From contig NC_082714.1 of NCBI RefSeq assembly GCF_030144855.1, positions 20,212,001 through 20,276,000 of the forward strand: a stretch of DNA of 64,000 bases, read 5' to 3'. The notes under the pieces were generated by a model, which made no database searches, had not been told where the DNA came from, and saw nothing but the letters and a program-made list of their open reading frames with translations. The position numbers and the translations under genes were made by a program. Below, one piece after another: positions 61,341-64,000 of the stretch. This DNA comes from Hypanus sabinus. Lineage: Eukaryota. Position 1 is the stretch's first letter. Each line of letters begins with the position of its first letter.

Positions 61341-61549
61341 AGCAACACCACAAAATGCTACAGGAACTCAGCAGGGCCATTAGCAGCTATGCAAACATGT
61401 ACAGTCGATGTTTCGGGCTGAGAAACTCAATCGGGACCCTTCATCAAGAGTCCTGCTGAAGGGTCTTGGCCCAAAACGTCGGTTATTTACTCTTCTCCAT
61501 AGATGCTGCCTGACTTGCTGAGTTCCTCCAGCATTTTGTGTGTGTTGCT
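61341..61549. repeat. Head-to-head inverted pair of Penelope-like terminal arms (left arm starts at about 61310)
   Basis: agcaacaccacaaaatgct...gacccttcatcaag | tcctgctgaagggtc...agcattttgtgtgtgttgct. Confidence 0.88.
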
Positions 61550-61599
61550 CTAGGTAAAGTCATTTTCCCTTCCTTCTTTACATTGGCTGAGTTAGGACA

Positions 61600-61980
61600 G
61601 ACCTCTGGTTGTGGTGCATGTAGGTACCAATGACATGGGTAGGATGAGTGATGAGGTTCTGCATAGGGAATTCAGAGAGTTAGGTGCTAAAGTTAAAAAG
61701 CAGGACCTCTAGGATTGTGATCTCAGGATTTTTACCCATGCCACGTGCTAGGGGCATATTAGAGGAAGGTTTTTTACTCAGAGAGTGGTTGGTGCATGGA
61801 ATGCACTGCCTGAGTCTGTGGTGGAGCCAGATACACTAGAGATATTTAAGAGACTACTGGACAGGTATATGGAGGAATTTAAGGTGGGGGGTTATATGAG
61901 AGGCTGGGTTTAAGGGTCAGCACAACATTGTGGGCCGAAGGGCCTGTACTATGCTGTATTGTTCTATGTTCTATGTTCTC
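61600..61980 (+). mobile_element. CR1 ORF1 (SGNH esterase) fragment joined directly to a CR1 3' end
   Basis: PLVVVHVGTNDMGRMSDEVLHREFRELGAK...RIVISGFLPMPRA at 61602-61750, then RGRFFTQRVVGAWNALPE and a (TTCTATG)n tail. Confidence 0.8.
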
Positions 61981-64000
61981 TGGAAGCACGTTCCACACTC
62001 TTCCTACCTTCCGAATGAAGAATTTCCTCTCACGTTTCTCTTAACTTTCACTCTTAACCCATAACCCATGAAACTCGTCCTAGTTTCACCCAACCTCTAT
62101 GGACAAAGCCAGCTTGCATTTATCCTATCTATATTCCTCATAATTTATTATGCTTCTATCAAATTTCCCCTCATTCTCAGATGCTCTTGGGAATATTTCC
62201 CTATAACTCAGGTACTCAAGTCCTAGCAACATTCTTGTAATTCTTTTCCTGTACTTTTTCAATCTTGTTTACATCCTTCCAGTAGGTAGGTGACCAAAAC
62301 TGCATACAGCACTCCAAATTAGGCTTCACCAGCATCTTGCACAACTTCAACATCCCATCTCCTGTACTCAATACATTGATTTATGAAGGCCAATTTGCAA
62401 AAAGCTTTCCTTATGATCCTGTCTACCTGTGATGCCACTTTCAATGAATTACGGGTCTATATTCCCAGATCCCTTTGTTCTACCACACTCCTCAGTGCCC
62501 TATCATTCACTGTGTAAGCCCAACCCTCGTTGGTCCTACCAAAGTAGAAAATCTCACACTTGTGTGCAATAACTTCCATCTGCCATTTTCCCAATTGGTC
62601 CAGATCCAGCTGCATGCCATGATAACCTTCCTCGTCGTCCACAACACTCCCAAACTTGGTGTCATCTGAAAATTTGCTGATCCAGTTAACCACATTATCA
62701 TCTGGATCATTGATATAGATGACAAACCACAAAGGACCCAGCACTGATCCCTGCAGCACACCACTAGTCACATAGTCACAGGCCTCCAGTCAGACAGGCA
62801 ATCATCTACTACCCATCTCTGGCTTCTTCCACATAGCCAATGTCTAATCCAATTTACTATCTCATCTTGAATGCTGAGCGACTGAACCTTCTTGACCAAC
62901 CTCCCATGCAGGACCTTGCCAGGTGCCATGCTAAAATCCATGTAGACAACATCCACTACCTTGTCTTCATCCACTTTCCTGGTAACTTCCTTGAAAAAAT
63001 CTCTGATTGGTTCGACATGCGTGAAGCCATGCTGACTGTTCTTTATCAGTCAATTTCTCTTCAAATACTTATGTATCCAGTCCCTTAGAATAATTTCCAA
63101 TAATTTTTCCACAATTGATGTCAGGCTTACTGGCCTATAATTTCTTAGTTTATATTTAGAACCTTTTCTAAACAGCGGAACAACATTGACTATCCTCCAA
63201 TCCTCGAGTACCTCTCCTGCTGCTAAGGATGATTTAAGTAACTCTGCTTGGACCCCAGCAGTTTCTCCACTAGGGTTCAAGAGAACTCTTTGTCAGGCCC
63301 TGGGGATTTATCCACCCTGATTTGCCAAGACCCATGATGCCATTTTGCCTCACTTCTATAGACTCTGTGTCCATACAGATACAAAAAAATGTAAGGTTTC
63401 CCCCACCTGTTTTGGCTTCACACGTAAGTTACCATTCTGGTCTTTCAGAATACCATTTTTGTCCCTTGCAATCCCCTTACTCTTAACATATCTGTAGGAT
63501 CCCTTAGGATTCTTCTTCACCTTGTCTGCTACAGCAACTTCTTTTAGCCTTCCTGATTTATTTCTTAAATGTCCTCTTGCATTTCTTATACTCCTCAAGC
63601 ACATCAAATCTTCCTGTCTGCCTATACCTGCTATGCACCTCCTTTTTCCACTTAATCAGGGCCTCAATATCTCTTGAAATTAAGGTTCCCTACACTTATT
63701 ATCTTTACCTTTTATACTGACATGCATGTGTATTCTTTGTACTCTCAGAATTTCACTTTTGAAGGCTTCCTTCCCACTTACTAAGTACTCCTTTGCCTGC
63801 AAACTGCCTGTCCCAATCTATACTAGCCAGGTCATTTCTGATACCATCAAAATTGGCCTTTCTCCAATTTAGACTCTTAACCCGCAGACCAGATGTATCT
63901 TTTTTACATATTTACTTTGAAACTAATGGCATTGTTGTCCATGATTCTCTAAATACCCATAGATTCTATCTCTAAGAATCTTTTCCAACAGCTTTCCCAC
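61981..64000 (-). mobile_element. CR1 ORF2, degraded, running to near the window end
   Basis: [29 protein letters not shown] and SKFSDDTK. Confidence 0.93.

Noticed and set aside
1-64000. CRISPR array, retron or other prokaryotic RT system
   Set aside because: No regularly spaced repeat-spacer array or operon structure. All RT motifs belong to eukaryotic CR1, Rex1, RTE or Penelope elements.

Overview
This is vertebrate nuclear DNA, almost certainly a cartilaginous fish and probably a ray (inferred from HE1-type and Deu-domain SINEs and a CR1/Rex1/Penelope-dominated repeat landscape). It is not prokaryotic. The only host coding sequence I can support is one 115-nt minus-strand exon (37662-37776) encoding [38 protein letters not shown], part of the amino-terminal domain of the NMDA receptor subunit GluN2A (GRIN2A). 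The rest of the window is therefore most likely its two flanking introns. Well over half of that intronic sequence is transposon-derived: CR1 LINEs, Rex1/Babar LINEs and their 3' tails, RTE fragments and RTE-derived non-autonomous elements, two clades of Penelope-like elements (PLEs), tRNA SINEs, hAT MITEs, a Tc1 relic, and a young CpG-rich pogo/Tc2-type transposon with both TIRs and a TA TSD. Nearly all listed ORFs are TE fragments or chance ORFs. The most interesting signals are about 11 PLE-borne minimal hammerhead ribozyme motifs (one with a complete core, at 59634-59671), a head-to-head PLE hairpin, non-coding retroposons that combine an ETS/YY1-like 5' motif with Rex1-type tails, and the pogo element that keeps its DNA-binding ORF but has lost a catalytic Asp. 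I see no clear evidence of a new multi-gene system. Family assignments come from recalled motifs, not database searches, and the boundaries of old repeats are approximate.
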